This document shows positions 38,845 to 50,944 of a stretch of 64,000 bases of DNA, piece after piece. The notes under the pieces are model-generated. The model saw only the letters and a program-made list of their open reading frames with translations. It ran no database searches and had not been told where the DNA came from. Source of the stretch: Cyanophora paradoxa CCMP329 (Eukaryota; Plantae; Glaucophyta); NCBI GenBank assembly GCA_004431415.1, contig QPMI01000436.1, positions 186,001-250,000 of the forward strand. Reading direction: 5' to 3'. The position numbers and the translations under genes are program-made. The number at the start of each line of letters is the position of its first letter. The first letter of the stretch is position 1.

Positions 38845-39044
38845 TTAGTAGTACTACCTCAGTACTAGCCTGAGTACCAGACTACTAGCCCTAGTAGCCC
38901 TAGTAGTAGGCTTACTTTGGTAGGTACCACCGTACCAGGGTAGGGCAATTGGGGCAATTGGGGCCTGGACGCTGCCAGTACTAGTGGGGCCGGGGCCAGT
39001 GCAGCTGGCATCATGGCATGCATATGCGCAGTACCGTAGCTATA

Positions 39045-39269
39045 CTGTAGGAATGCTTTTTTAGCCGATGTTTTAAATTGCCGTATATTGCCGAGAGGCC
39101 GAATTCGGCAATTGTAAGCCACGGCAATTCTGAGGGGGTAGGGCTAAACGACCGCTTTTGTATGGCGCTATAGAGCGGAAATCTGGATTCGGCAATTTAT
39201 CGCCACGGCAATTCCGGTTTCGGTCGAATTCGGCAATTTAACTACGCGGCAATTTAAGCAATCCTACAG
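39045..39269. mobile_element. Intact Tc1/mariner-type MITE (225 bp)
   Basis: TIR CTGTAGGAATGCTT / AAGCAATCCTACAG (13/14 match), TA TSD, repeated CGGCAATT/AATTGCCG motifs. Confidence 0.88.
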
Positions 39270-39551
39270 TAGTACTACTAGGCTACTAGGCTAGCCCGGC
39301 CGCTAGCTATAGCCTATAGACTATAGGACCAGTAGTATAGGTGCATCGATATATCGAGCTGAAGCTCCACGGGCCACGCGGTCTCCACTGACTCTCCAGT
39401 GACTCTCCACCCGGCCCGTGTGTGACCCGGGTCGGAGACTCGGAGTCCGAGGCTCCGGGCGCTAGAGGCGCGCCGCGGTAGTGCGCGTACCGGTTTCGCC
39501 CAGCAGCCGCTGAGCTCGAGCCAGCTGCAGCAGTTGCCGCAACGAACATCC

Positions 39552-41905
39552 ATGGCGAAGAAGCTCATGATGAATTGCAAGCAAGCGAGCGCGGCCCGCT
39601 CCTCGGAGGCCGCGACCCTAGTTCTCGCCGCCGTCCTCGCCTGCGCGCTGCCTTGGGGCGTCTGGGCTGGCTCCAGCTTCGACTCGCCCGACATCGCAGC
39701 CTTCGCGGTGCGCATGCGCGCAACTTCGCATGCGCAGCGCAAAATCAATCATGATACCGATATCGATGAGAGCGCGCGCAGGTGAGCGCAACGGAGATCA
39801 ACGTGACGCTAACGAAGGTCGGGGGGACCGCCGGCCTCCAGGCCGGCAACGCCTCGTGCGGGCCATCCCTGGGCGTTGTCGCCTCGTGGAACAGCACTGG
39901 CGTCGTCCTCGACGCCAGCGCGACCGGCAAGTGGACCACGATCGTCGGCGGGCTCCAGCCGGACACCACGCGCGCATTTTGGTGTCGCTTCAGTTTGAAG
40001 CTCCTTCTCTAATCCCGTAACTGCACAGATACGTTTGCTGGGGCAAGCAGCAGAACACTTACAGCCCGCCGAAGTGGAGCAAGGTCGACAACCCCCTCCT
40101 CGACACGGACAACCTCCTCGTCAGCGGCACGAACGAGTGGGAGCGCGACGGCAAGCGCGTCAACGTCACGACGCTCGCCCTGCCCCCGACGCCCTCCCCC
40201 AGCCCCAGGCAAGCTCCACGTTGGATTTCGAATTCCAATGCGATCGCTTTGGATTTCACGCATCTAATCAGTGCGCGCGCGCAGTCCCTCCCCGTCCCCG
40301 TCCCCGTCCCCGTCCCCGTCCCCTTCGCCTTCGCCTTCAGCGACCCCGTCCCCGAGCCCTTCGTACGTTCCCCTTTAGATTCGCCCCGTTCGACCCCTAG
40401 GCCTTCTCTGGCCTCTAACCCAAGGGCTTTGTTCGATGTGAATCGCCCGGCGGCCGCAGAGCTAGCTCCACGCCTAGCCCGAGGTACATACATCTGGCCC
40501 GTTTCACCTCGTAATATATATATGCTCTGATTACACCCGTACTCAGCCCCTCGGAGGTGCCTATGACAACGCCGACGGCGGCGCCCACCCCCACGGCCGT
40601 CCCATCGAATCCGACACCGGCCCCGACCCCCGCCCCGGCCACCCCGTCTCCCACCCCACTGGTGCGTTTAATTTATATTATTCGACAAATTCAATGATCG
40701 ATGATTTCATTACGGCTGACGGGACACGTGCGCATGCGCTGCGCCACGCTGCAGCCGCCGCTGCCCCAGACCGTGCAGATCATCATCCAGGGCTTCTCCG
40801 TGAGTCCTTCTTTCTTTTCACGATTCTGCAGCCCGGCGGCCGCTGCTTTATTTTGGGTTCGAGCTCATATATTTACGTTGACAGTTCAACACGTCCGTGG
40901 CGACGCGCCAGCCGGACGGCTCCTACAAAGTGCAGCTCCCCGCCGCCGCCGTCCAGGCCCCGCAGGTGCGCATGCCCCCGCGCGCCCCATTATGCAAAGA
41001 AAGCTCAGAGCGAAACTGACTCTGGCCCTCGGCCCTTTTCTGCAGACGGGCAGCAACGGCTTCTCGGTCATCCAGGCCCGGAACCTGCCGGTCAGAACTT
41101 CAATCTGAGCCCATGCAAAATGTATGCTCAACATATGCATACGTACATGTTTCACAGGCCGGGGAGCGCATCAAGATTCTGATCGTGGACCCGGCGACGG
41201 GCCAGACGGTCGATGCCGAGGGCGAGGAGGTCACGGGCAACGAGATCCGCTTCCGTGCGCTTTCTTTTGCCTTTGATTAATGGCCTCCGATCCAATTCAA
41301 ATGACGATTCTGACTTCTCTCCGATCCGGTGCGCAGTGGCGCCGAAGCGCCCGGGGGCCCGCCGCGCGCTGCGCGCCTTCACCACCGGCAACCGCGTGCG
41401 TTCACTATATCAACGCCTCAGCTCCAGGGCGCCTTTCGTTTCGTCTCGCCGTCTATATTGCGCCCATTACAGCTTCATTCAAGCCCGATCTCGCATTACA
41501 GCTTCATTTGAGCATATAGTTTCTCATTTAATCGAAGGTTTTCGACTCGCGATATCGCTCACGTTAACATTCAAGAGCGCAGTACGACCTCCGGATCGAG
41601 AGCGACGCGGCGCCGCCTGCCTTCGCGCCCCTCGTCCTCGGCGGCGCCTTCGTCGTGCGCATGCGCCCCCGGACAGGCACTAGCTTGATCTTTGGGACAT
41701 AGCGAAATTAAATACTCAGATCTCTGATGATCATGATGAGACATTCTAACTCATTCAAGCCATGTTCATTATGACCAACTGCGAGAATATTAATAGTATG
41801 TACTCACATCAGTGACTCACATCGCGTCGCAGTGGACCCCGACGGCCGCGGCGGCCGCGGGTATCCCGTACGTCTCCGCCGCCGCCGCCGCTTCCGCCGC
41901 CTCGG
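39552..41905 (+). CDS. Multi-exon secreted or cell-surface glycoprotein: signal peptide, FN3-like domain, (SP)n and PT-rich stalk
   Basis: Spliced reading MAKK...LVLAAVLACALPWGVWA; VSATEINVTL...WTTIVGGLQPDTTYVC (FN3-type LxPxTxY); PSPSPSPSPS; TPTAAPTPTAVPSNPTPAP; then further short GT-AG exons. One apparent frameshift; 3' end uncertain. Confidence 0.7.
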
Positions 41906-42821
41906 TCCGCCCTCCGGACCGGCTTCCTTGAGCTTCGAATTTCAATCTGACCGTCGGACCCGGGGGGCGTCTCGCGCAGGGCCTCGCGATCGGCTTCGTC
42001 CTGAGCCTGGTCGGGGCCGCGGTCGGCCTCCTCGCGCTCCTCTGATCATGAGCCGATTCTCGACGTTGCAAATTGAAGCTATATCGATCTGTCCACGTCG
42101 ATCCGATGATCGTTAATAAACAGTACGAGTGAAGGTAGCTGCATGCTTCGAATTCAGCTAATTATAATCAGCCAGCCACGTTTTCGAGTTTTTCGTTTCG
42201 CTTTCGATTTCAATCCGCATTCTCGTAAATATAGTATTTCGATTTTAATTGCATTCCGCTGTATCAAAGCAGTATTTAGATGTGACTAAAAGGCTTTGCA
42301 GCCAACGCTCTTCAAGTACCAGGCTTTGTGATTGGCTGAATAAAGTGCACGCCCGGCGGCCGGCCGCCGCCGGGCCGGGCTGCTCATGATCATGATCCGA
42401 TGATCGGCGCGCCGCAGCGTTGCATGCGCGACGTCGACGTTGCAATTGTGGGCCTAATCAAGTCTAACAATTGCAATATGTGCCGGGGCGCTTAGCCTTG
42501 ACCGGTACCACGCGTGTGCATGCGCACGTGCGCAGCCTCTACTAGGCTAATTTGCAATTGCCTGCAACGCCCGGCTTCTAATCATGATCACCGCCTGGGA
42601 TTTCCCGGAGTCCCGGCCGCGCAGAGCTTTCGAGGCTCAAATGCAGCGCATGCTTTTTTATTTAGCAATATTGACCGCCGGAATTTAGCAATATAGACCG
42701 CCGTGTGTGACGGCGTTATCATCATAGTATCGATATCCATAAGCATATATATCCAGTACCTCGGTATCCATGGGATGCCGGCGCCACGCCCAAGACTCAA
42801 ACATGGTTCGACGTCCGGATC

Positions 42822-44746
42822 TAGAGGCGGGCGGCGCCCTCGGGGCTTGCCCCCTGCCCCCGCGCCAGGTCGCCGACGACGGCGGCGACGGAGGCGGCGG
42901 CGACGAGGGCCCCGGCGCAGGCCATTCCGACCGCGAGCGAGGTCCGCAGGGCCCCGCCCGCGGCCCGCAGATCCGCGCGTAGAAGAGCGGCGGAAGGATC
43001 GTCGTCTGCAGCGAGATCGCCCTGCGGAGGGCCGGGATCGAATCGTGTCAGATCGAATCAGATCAGATCAGATCAGATCAGATCTGATCTGAGCGCACAA
43101 GGACCCGACGAGGCTCGTGAAGAGAGCGAATCTGAGGCGAGAACGATCACCCGAGAATAAACTCAGGATGGAACGCTGAAGGGGGGGTACGCACGAGTCC
43201 GTGAAGAGGGCGGCGCAGGCGGCGGTGGTGAGGACGATGCCGGCGCGCAGGGCGGCCACCAGCGGCGCCGGCGCCGGCGCGCCCTCCGCCTTGTGGGGCA
43301 GCAGGAGCGCGGAGAGGGAGAGCACGAGGGGTAGGCCCACCTGCGGGGGGGAGGGGGGTGGGGGAGGGGAGGGGAGGGTAGGGGCGCGCTCAGCAGAAGG
43401 AAGGGACAGGAAGGAAGGGCAAGGGGAAGGCAGGAAGCCCGACCCCTAGGCGGCTGGAGGGGAGGTAGGCAGGCGGCTGGGAAGGCAGGAAGCCCAACCG
43501 GGGCGGCGCCGGAGGAGGGGAAAAGGAGGCTGGGTGCGGGCGTCGTGGGGAGGGTGCGGGCGCCGGGGGACGGGATGGGGGCGGGGAGGGGGAGGGCGGT
43601 GGGGCGGGCACATGTACACGATGGGTCCAGTGGGAGAGGAGGGGGGAGGGGAGAGGAGGGGTAAAGGGGCAGGGAGGGGAAACGAGGGGTACGCGGGGCG
43701 TCGTCGAAATATAGTGGGGGCGCCGTCTAAAAAGCACATATTTAGTGGGGTGCGGGGCGCACGATGGGCGTCGTGAGAGCGACGACGGCGCTCATGCTCA
43801 GCTGAGCGCCCCGCGTCAGCTGCCGGGGAGGGAGAGAGGGAGGGAGGGGAGGAATGGGGGGGAGGGGGGAAGAGGCGGGGGGACAGCTAGATCGAAGGCT
43901 AGACGGAGACCCAACAGCGGAACGGGAAGGATCCGAGGGGGGGGGGGGGGTCAGGGGGGTACGCGCACCTGGACGGCGGCGGCGATGTAGCCCTCGGTGA
44001 TGTTCAGAACGACGATCTGCTGCGTGGCTGCGCGCGCGGCGGGGGCGCGGGGGCGCGTCACGCGTGCCCACAAGGGCGAGGTGGGGGAGGGACTGGGCAA
44101 TATATCGACGGAGGCTGGACTCCGCGCAAGGCTAGACACAGGCTTCAAAGAGGCTTCTAATGAAGGCTGAAGACTTCTCACTGCAAAGGCTTCTAATTGA
44201 AAAAGGGCACCGGAGCCGAAGGCGGCGTAGGCGGCGACGGAGAACGAAGCGTAGAAGGCCAGCACCTGGGGGGAGGGGGGGGGGGGGGGTCGGTCAGCGG
44301 AGGGAGGGAGGGAAGGGAAGAGGAAACGTGAAAGAGGGGGGGGGGGAAGCCGAGGGGGAAGGCGCTCGCCCGGCCCGGTGTCGTGGGGACGCGGGGGAAG
44401 GTGGGAGGGGAGGTGGGGGGTGGGGGCAGGGGGCTGGGGGGAGGGCGGGGAGGGAAAGCGGGGGGTCGGGGCGGGGTCGGGGCCGGGGCGGGGGCCCGCA
44501 CGACGGCGATCTAAGATCCCTCTCTAAGATCTTAAGTACGAAAGGGCGCGGGCGCACGACGGCCTCCTACGTTCTCGAGGGCCCGGCCCGGGGCTTCGAG
44601 AAGGCTTCTAAGATCTAAGATCAATTGATCTCTAAGATCCCTCTAAGATCTTAGAGGATCTTAGAGGAGGTTCAGATCTTAAGACCTCGACTGCGCCTGG
44701 GGGGGCGGCCTCAGAGGGCGCACGAGGGCGATGGCCGGCGCCCAGT
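42822..44746 (-). pseudogene. 3' half of an amino-acid permease (Aa_trans/AAAP family), 5'-truncated in this window
   Basis: Exons VLAFYASFSVAAYAAF; IVVLNITEGY; LSMSAVVALTTPI; LRAGIVLTTAACA; FALFTSLVGS; TILPPLFYARI; VGMACAGALVAAASVAAVV match the family's C-terminal TM pattern. The upstream part is replaced by the duplicated segment from 44917. Confidence 0.65.
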
Positions 44747-44916
44747 CTTAAAGTCTAACATCTAAGCTTCTTTCTAACATCCTTTCCTTAAGCTTCTAGC
44801 ATCCTTTCCTTAAGCTTCTGAACTTATGATTCGGAAAGGGGGCGGGCGCACGAGGGCGATGGCCGGCGCCCAGTCTTAACGTCTAACATCGAAGCTTCTT
44901 TCTAACATCCTTTCGA

Positions 44917-47900
44917 ATCCCTTTTGAAGTCGATTGCGAGCTCGAGGGGTGTCAGCGCTCGCAAACCGTGAACTTGGGTAGGGTACCGTTGGAGGCGGTC
45001 TTAATCATAATTATATAAAAGGCACTTGTACCATGGCCAGCTGCAGGCTTGCAAATTGTGCGTGCTGGCGAAACTGCGCATGCACTGCGGCAGCTGGCCA
45101 TGGCCGGTCTGGAAGGCGCTCACGCGCGCCTTAACAACGTGCTCTAGCCATAATACTGCGGCACTATTGCGCATGCGCAGGGCCGCTTGAGGCGAGGTGG
45201 TGAGTACATATCTACATCTGAAGCCGCAGGCCTAGGTGGGCGAGCATGAACATGTATACGTAATTCGGGTTCGAGCGCGCAAGCGTGATGAGGGCCCCGC
45301 GGCCGGGTGCACGTGTCACGTGTCGAATTCGACGGCCGGTGCCGGTTCCGAATTTGCCAGCGCTAGCCGGCCCGGGAGGCGCGGCACCGGTTCCGGTCGA
45401 GAGAAAAAAAATATTAATTGCCGAAAATGAAGATGAATCGATTTTTTTTTTGAGAGACTACGGTGGGGCGAACCCCCCGTAGGTAGTGATATTAAAGACA
45501 ACAAAGCAATCACAAATCAAAGATACAGTAAACTAGCACAAAATATATACAGAATCAAGAGGGATCACGAGAAAGGACACGATCAGAAGAACGCAAAAGA
45601 TAAGGAGAACGAGCACGAGGAGAAGGAGTAGAAGAGCTCAAGGGCGTCGATGCAGAAGTACTAGTCACACTAGAACGACGAGGAGCACGGGGACGCAGCA
45701 AATAAGGAGAACGAGCACGAGGAACTACAGTCGAAGACGAAGATCTAGACGAAGACGACAAGACAGAGCTAACAGCAGAACTAGAAGACGTAGTCGCAGG
45801 AGGCAAAGGCGGTAGAACAGTAGGAGAGGCGAAACGTAGGACACCACTAGAGGGGAAAGTCGAAGCTGGCGGAGTGTCTAAACGGAATCGAGATTGTAGA
45901 GTTGGTAAAACAATGGACGGCTGAAGACTAATCTGAGGAACTGGGGACGACACGAGGAAAGGGGCAGAGCTCGGGTGCAGACTCGGAATCGGCAGTATAA
46001 GAGGAGGGGCGAAACGCAAGCCAGTAGTGACAGGGAAGGCAGACGATGGGGCTGAACCAGGCGGGAGAGGCAAATATAGCGAAGTAGAAGAGAGAGAAGG
46101 GTACACACGAGGAACGTCACCATACACAAAATACTCGCTGCCAAAAACTATACGGTCTGACGGTCGCTGAAGATAAAGAGGCGGAACTGCCTGAGGGCTA
46201 ACAGTGAGAGATGGAGGAGGAAGAGGCAGAGCTAACGACAAAGGGAACGGAATCAAAGGTACAGGGAAGGCATGGAATACACGAGGAACTGGAAGGTGGA
46301 GGGGGCCAGTGCTCCTAACTAACATCGATGAAGCATCTGATGGAGGTGACGGCAAAACAACTGAGGGTAAACTAAGTTGAGGTGAAGCGAAGATTGATAC
46401 AAGACTATCATGAATCAAAGGGGGCCATGCAGGAACCGGCGGGCGAGGTGGATCTGGCGGGACAGCCAGAGGGGAAGCCGAAGGTACAATCGATGCCGGT
46501 CGGCACTTATATAATTATAATTAGGAAAGACCGTCGGACCGCTGGCTCGAGCTCCCGTCGAAAAACAAGGCCGGTACCGGTCCTGTCACAGGCTGTCAAA
46601 CAGATTGCATCGGTGCGGGCGCCCGCGCGGGCTCGCGCTCGAGCTAGTGCAGATCGCGAGCGGGGCGCTGGCGCCGTCTACTATAGTAGACGTATACGTA
46701 GAGCCTCGGCTACCGGCCGCTCGAGCTCCGCAAAGTGAGGCCTAGGGCCGGCCCTAGGCTCGCGTGGGCAATTGCAAGTCACCGGGTGTGATTGTATATA
46801 TACTATGATAATTTGGCGTTGAAGGCGCGCGCGACGTCGCCGAGGCCCTGAGGGTCGCGAGCTCCGAGGCTCGAGCCGCCGGGCCCCGCGGCCGGCCGCG
46901 GGTGCGCGCGCGGAAGCCAAATGCGCGCTAGTCGTTGCCAAGTTGTACATGTGGCCGGTTGCGAAAATGATTTGAATTTGAAGTCCGACGGTCGGCTCGG
47001 TCAACAAATTCGCAACTCGAAAATTCGGAGCTCGGCAATTAAAGCTCAACATGGCAATTGCAAGCTCGCGTGCGGATCCGATGATCTGGATCATACCCGC
47101 GTACGAGCAGCTGCAGGGCTAGCGCTAGCAATTGCAAGTACATTGGAATCTGCATGCGCAGCTGCAGCTGCAGCTGCAGTGATGTCAATGTTAACGTTAA
47201 CGTGGATCCCGGATGCCATGATGCAGATGATCACGATCATGATCATGATCAGCGGCTTGAAGCTATTAAGCGGCTTGATGCGACCGGTTCGATACCGCGG
47301 CCGTGAACGTAGGCCTAGCTATATAGCTATATATATAGGGCGGGGCCGGCGCCGCGCCGGCGCCGGCGGCCTGCGCGCGGCCGGCGCTGGCGGGCCGCCG
47401 CGGCAAGTCGAGATAAACTTCCGAAGTTCGGAATCAATTGCAATATATGTCATGCATACTATGATATCGCGTATGCCATGCGCGCGCGCCGGGGGGTCGC
47501 CCGGCCGGGCCCGGGGCCGCGCGCAGCGCTAGCTGTAGACTGGGAAGATCGTTGACGTAAGAAAGCATGTATATTGCGGGCCTCGGACATCGGCCGAGTG
47601 CTCTATTCCCTTGGCCAAGTGTACATGTGCCCTTAAGCTTCAGCTTCCGGATCTGAAGTCTGTGTTGGCCGCCGCGCGTGCGTCATGACTTCTGCTTGCG
47701 ATTGCAATGCGGTCCATGACCGGGCACTAACAACATGGAAACGCATGACGCCGACCACCGGAGGTGGAAGCGAAGAAAAGAAAAGAAGACTGGCCGGTCC
47801 ACGTGCGCCGTTGGCGCCGAGAGAGAAAGAAAGAGCTCGAAGGAGCTAGAGAGGGCTCGAGGGAGCGCTCCGAAAAGAGAAACTGATGATAAGGAAATTC

Positions 47901-50087
47901 GATCGGAGAAGAGAGAACGCGAGCGCCGGGCGCCGTCGCCGGCGCTACAAGAGCTACGGAGGCCCAGCGCTAGCGCTAGCGGCCAGTAGCGGATGATAAC
48001 AAAGGCCGGGACGCGGCGCGGGGCCCCGGGCGGCGCCTGAATCACGTGGCCGTTGGAGGTCCTGAGCACCGGCCGGTCCGGGCAGGATCCAGAAGGAACT
48101 CCAGAAGTCCGGCGGACTCTGAGGCGTGGGTGGAATCAGTACGCCGTGCGCCATAGGTCGTGCGCCACGGAGTCGCTTGCCGCGCTCGTGGCACATGCAT
48201 ATGGTCGGGCGTGTGCATGCGGACACGGCCGGGCGCGCGCGGTACCGTAGTACGTTGAGCGGACCCGAGGCGGCGCTGAACGGGTCCGGGGCCTCCAGTC
48301 CTGGAATGTGAACGACCGTGGTCGATTCGATCGAAAGGGATCGAAAACCTTGATGGTGTGCCGCCGTAGCGCCGAACTTCGATCAAGAGGAATCGCTTCG
48401 AGCCTCCGGCCGCGGTAGCGGCAGTTCGGCCTGCCGAATCGATGAATCTGTCGTAAAGTAGGCGAACGTGAGTCGCTCGTGTGCGCGTGTGCGCGTGTGC
48501 GTGTGCCTGCGGCGAGCTGGATGCTGGGGGTGCCGCGTGCGGCGGTCGCTTGCGACCGTGGATGATCTGCGTCGTTATCGATGATCTGGATCTTCGTCGA
48601 ACAACGATGATCTTCGGCCGCCGTCGTGAGGCGCCGGCGGTTGATGAGGCGTGACGATGATGATCTCGGGTGCTCGCGGCCTGATGAGGCCATGCGCGAG
48701 GATGATTAGTAAGGGTGCTGCTCGTGCCAGGAGGAGGCAGGTCGCGTGTTGCCGATCGAGGCGCGACCTGCGTCCGCGTTGGCGGCGAGTCGGCGCGCTT
48801 CGACGACCTGCGAACGGTCGAGTCAGTGATCTAGTATCGTTCGGTGCACTGCTGATGCTGGCAATGCCCGGCTAAGACGAAGCTGTCGCTCCCGCGGGGT
48901 AGCGGCAACTGCGAGGGGCCAGGGGCGAGCCCCCGGGGGGTACGGCGGGCCGAAGGGCGAGGTTCGAGGTTGGCCGTTCGCGCTCTGCCGTCCCTCGCTC
49001 AAAGAAAACAGATTACTCTCACGCGTTGCTGGAGTAATCAACTCCGCAGTGCCTACCCCCCAAGCGATTGCCGTGGTGCTAAATTGCCGAATTCAGCCTC
49101 TCGGCAATTTACGGCAATTCAAAACCATGGCGATTTAACTACTCCAGGCCCTGAGGTACTCCTACAGTAATTAGCTCCGAGGAGTCCGAGCCAGGCGAGC
49201 CTCCGACTCTAATTATAAGCTCCGGAATCCGGCCCGGCAACTTGGCAACTCGGCGGCAAGTCGGCGGCAACGGCCCGGCCGGCGGCCGGCCCGGTGGCGC
49301 CGGCCCGGCGGGCCGGCGGCGGCGGCGGCGCCGGGCGGCGCCGGCGCCGCCCGCCGGGCGCGGGGCGCCGGCGGGCGGCCGGCGCCGCCGGGCGGGCCGG
49401 GGCCGCCGGGCGGGCCGGGGCGGCCGGGCCGGGGCCGGCCCGGGCGGGCGCCCGGCCCGGCGGCCCGGCGGCCGCGGGCGGGCGCGCGGCGCGCGCGTGG
49501 CGCCGCGCGCGGCGGCGGCCCTCCCGCGGCCGCGAGACGGCGCGAGTCCGGACTCCGGAATCCAGATTCCGCCGAGTCCGGTGACTCCGGTCCAATATTT
49601 AATTTCCGAAGTTCCGGAGTCCGGACTCGGGGAACTTCGGAATCGACGGGATCCGGCCCGGCGGATTCCGGACTCTGCCAGTGAGTAGGCTTGCGGAGTC
49701 AATGCGGAGTCATTGCGGACTCGGCGCCGAGTCCGACGGTCGGCGGACTCGCGCTCCGGACTTCCGGTCCGTAAGTTCCGGACTCCGCCGGCCGGCCCGG
49801 GCCGGGAGGACCGGCCCGCGGGACTCGCGACCGTTCGGAATCGCGAGTCGCGACTCCGTTCGGACTCGCGAGCCTCAAGCTCGGAGTCGCGACTCCGACT
49901 CGGCGAGTCTCAGCACGCGGCAGCACACATGCACAGTAACAGTAACAGTAACAGTAACACTGTGACAGTCACTGAGTAACAGTAACAGTAATTATAACCA
50001 GCCTAGTAGTAGGCTAGTACTACCTCAGTACTACTACTGCCGTGGTGCTAAATTGCCGAATTCAGCCTCTCGGCAATTTACGGCAAT
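44917..50087. repeat. Segmental duplication, copy 2 (contains the retro-insertion and one full ~969-bp unit, 49069-50037)
   Basis: Starts ATCCCTTTTGAAGTCG as at 32855; identity stops at CGGCAAT (50087). Confidence 0.95.
45443..46487 (-). mobile_element. 5'-truncated poly(A) non-LTR retro-insertion, short copy
   Basis: T10 tract and TSD AATCGAT (45436-42 / 46488-94); the empty site is visible in the paralogous segment at ~33374-33380. Confidence 0.95.
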
Positions 50088-50507
50088 CAGCCTCTGGTCT
50101 CAATTCTGACCGAAGGGAAGAAGAGACCAGAGGCTCTAGTATCCACTTTTGATCCACAAATCGAGGTTACTCTCGAGGTTTTGGGTAGTAGGTATGCTAT
50201 GAATCGCTATTAAAGATTCTGTGATGTCATTATGACGATGACCGATTGTTAAAAGATTCGGTGATGTCATTATGACGATCAATAGGTGTTGCTAGATTCT
50301 GTCAGCTGACTGTGGTAGGGTACGCTGTCATTAAGAAGCTCCGCAGTCTCTTACCGGCCTTGCGGTGCATGCATTTGCCGGCCGGCGGTCGCGATCGTTA
50401 CCGACGATCGACAACCGGCGGTCGCGATCGTTCGCGATCGAGCATCGGGTTCGCGAGAATTATGTATCCCATGGCCACATTGCGATTATGTACATGTATC
50501 TTTAGCT

Positions 50508-50936
50508 AGCCGCCCGGCCCGAAGAGAAGCTGACCGGCGCCAACCAATGGTATGGGCTGAAGCTTGGCTATTCGGTACCCGTAGAACCAGCCGTCCTGGA
50601 CGGCTGCTCACATCGCTTAGACCCACGTTCGAATCCTGGGAGTGAGTCTTTTAATAATTCGCCATCTTGCTTTCAGTCCGCGGTACGAAGTTCTTTAGCT
50701 AGGACATGGACTACAACATAGTAAGCCGCCCGAAGAGAAGCTGACCGGCGCCAACCAAAAGGTTTGGGCTGAAGCTTGGCTATCATAGTATTCGGTACCC
50801 GTAGACCAGCCGTCCCGGACGGCTGCTCACATCGCTTAGACCCAGGTTCGAATCCTGGGAGTGAGTCTTATTCACCATCTTGCTTTCAGTCCGCGGTACG
50901 AAGTTCTTTAGATAGAACACGGACAAGAATATAGTA
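50508..50936 (+). repeat. Two tandem ~213-bp units carrying a tRNA T-arm/B-box-like hairpin
   Basis: Units at 50508 and 50724; CCCAGGTTCGAATCCTGGG in unit 2 and a variant in unit 1. Confidence 0.8.
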
Positions 50937-50944
50937 AGCCGCCC

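Noticed and set aside
44917-50087. Duplication as a pure assembly artefact
   Set aside because: One copy carries a TSD-flanked insertion that the other lacks, which argues for two real loci (spanning reads still needed).
50089-50139. Hammerhead ribozyme in the hairpin (CTGACCGA...GAA)
   Set aside because: No exact CUGANGA/GAAA core or stem II; CTGATGA sites near 34765 and 35560 also lack the required stems.
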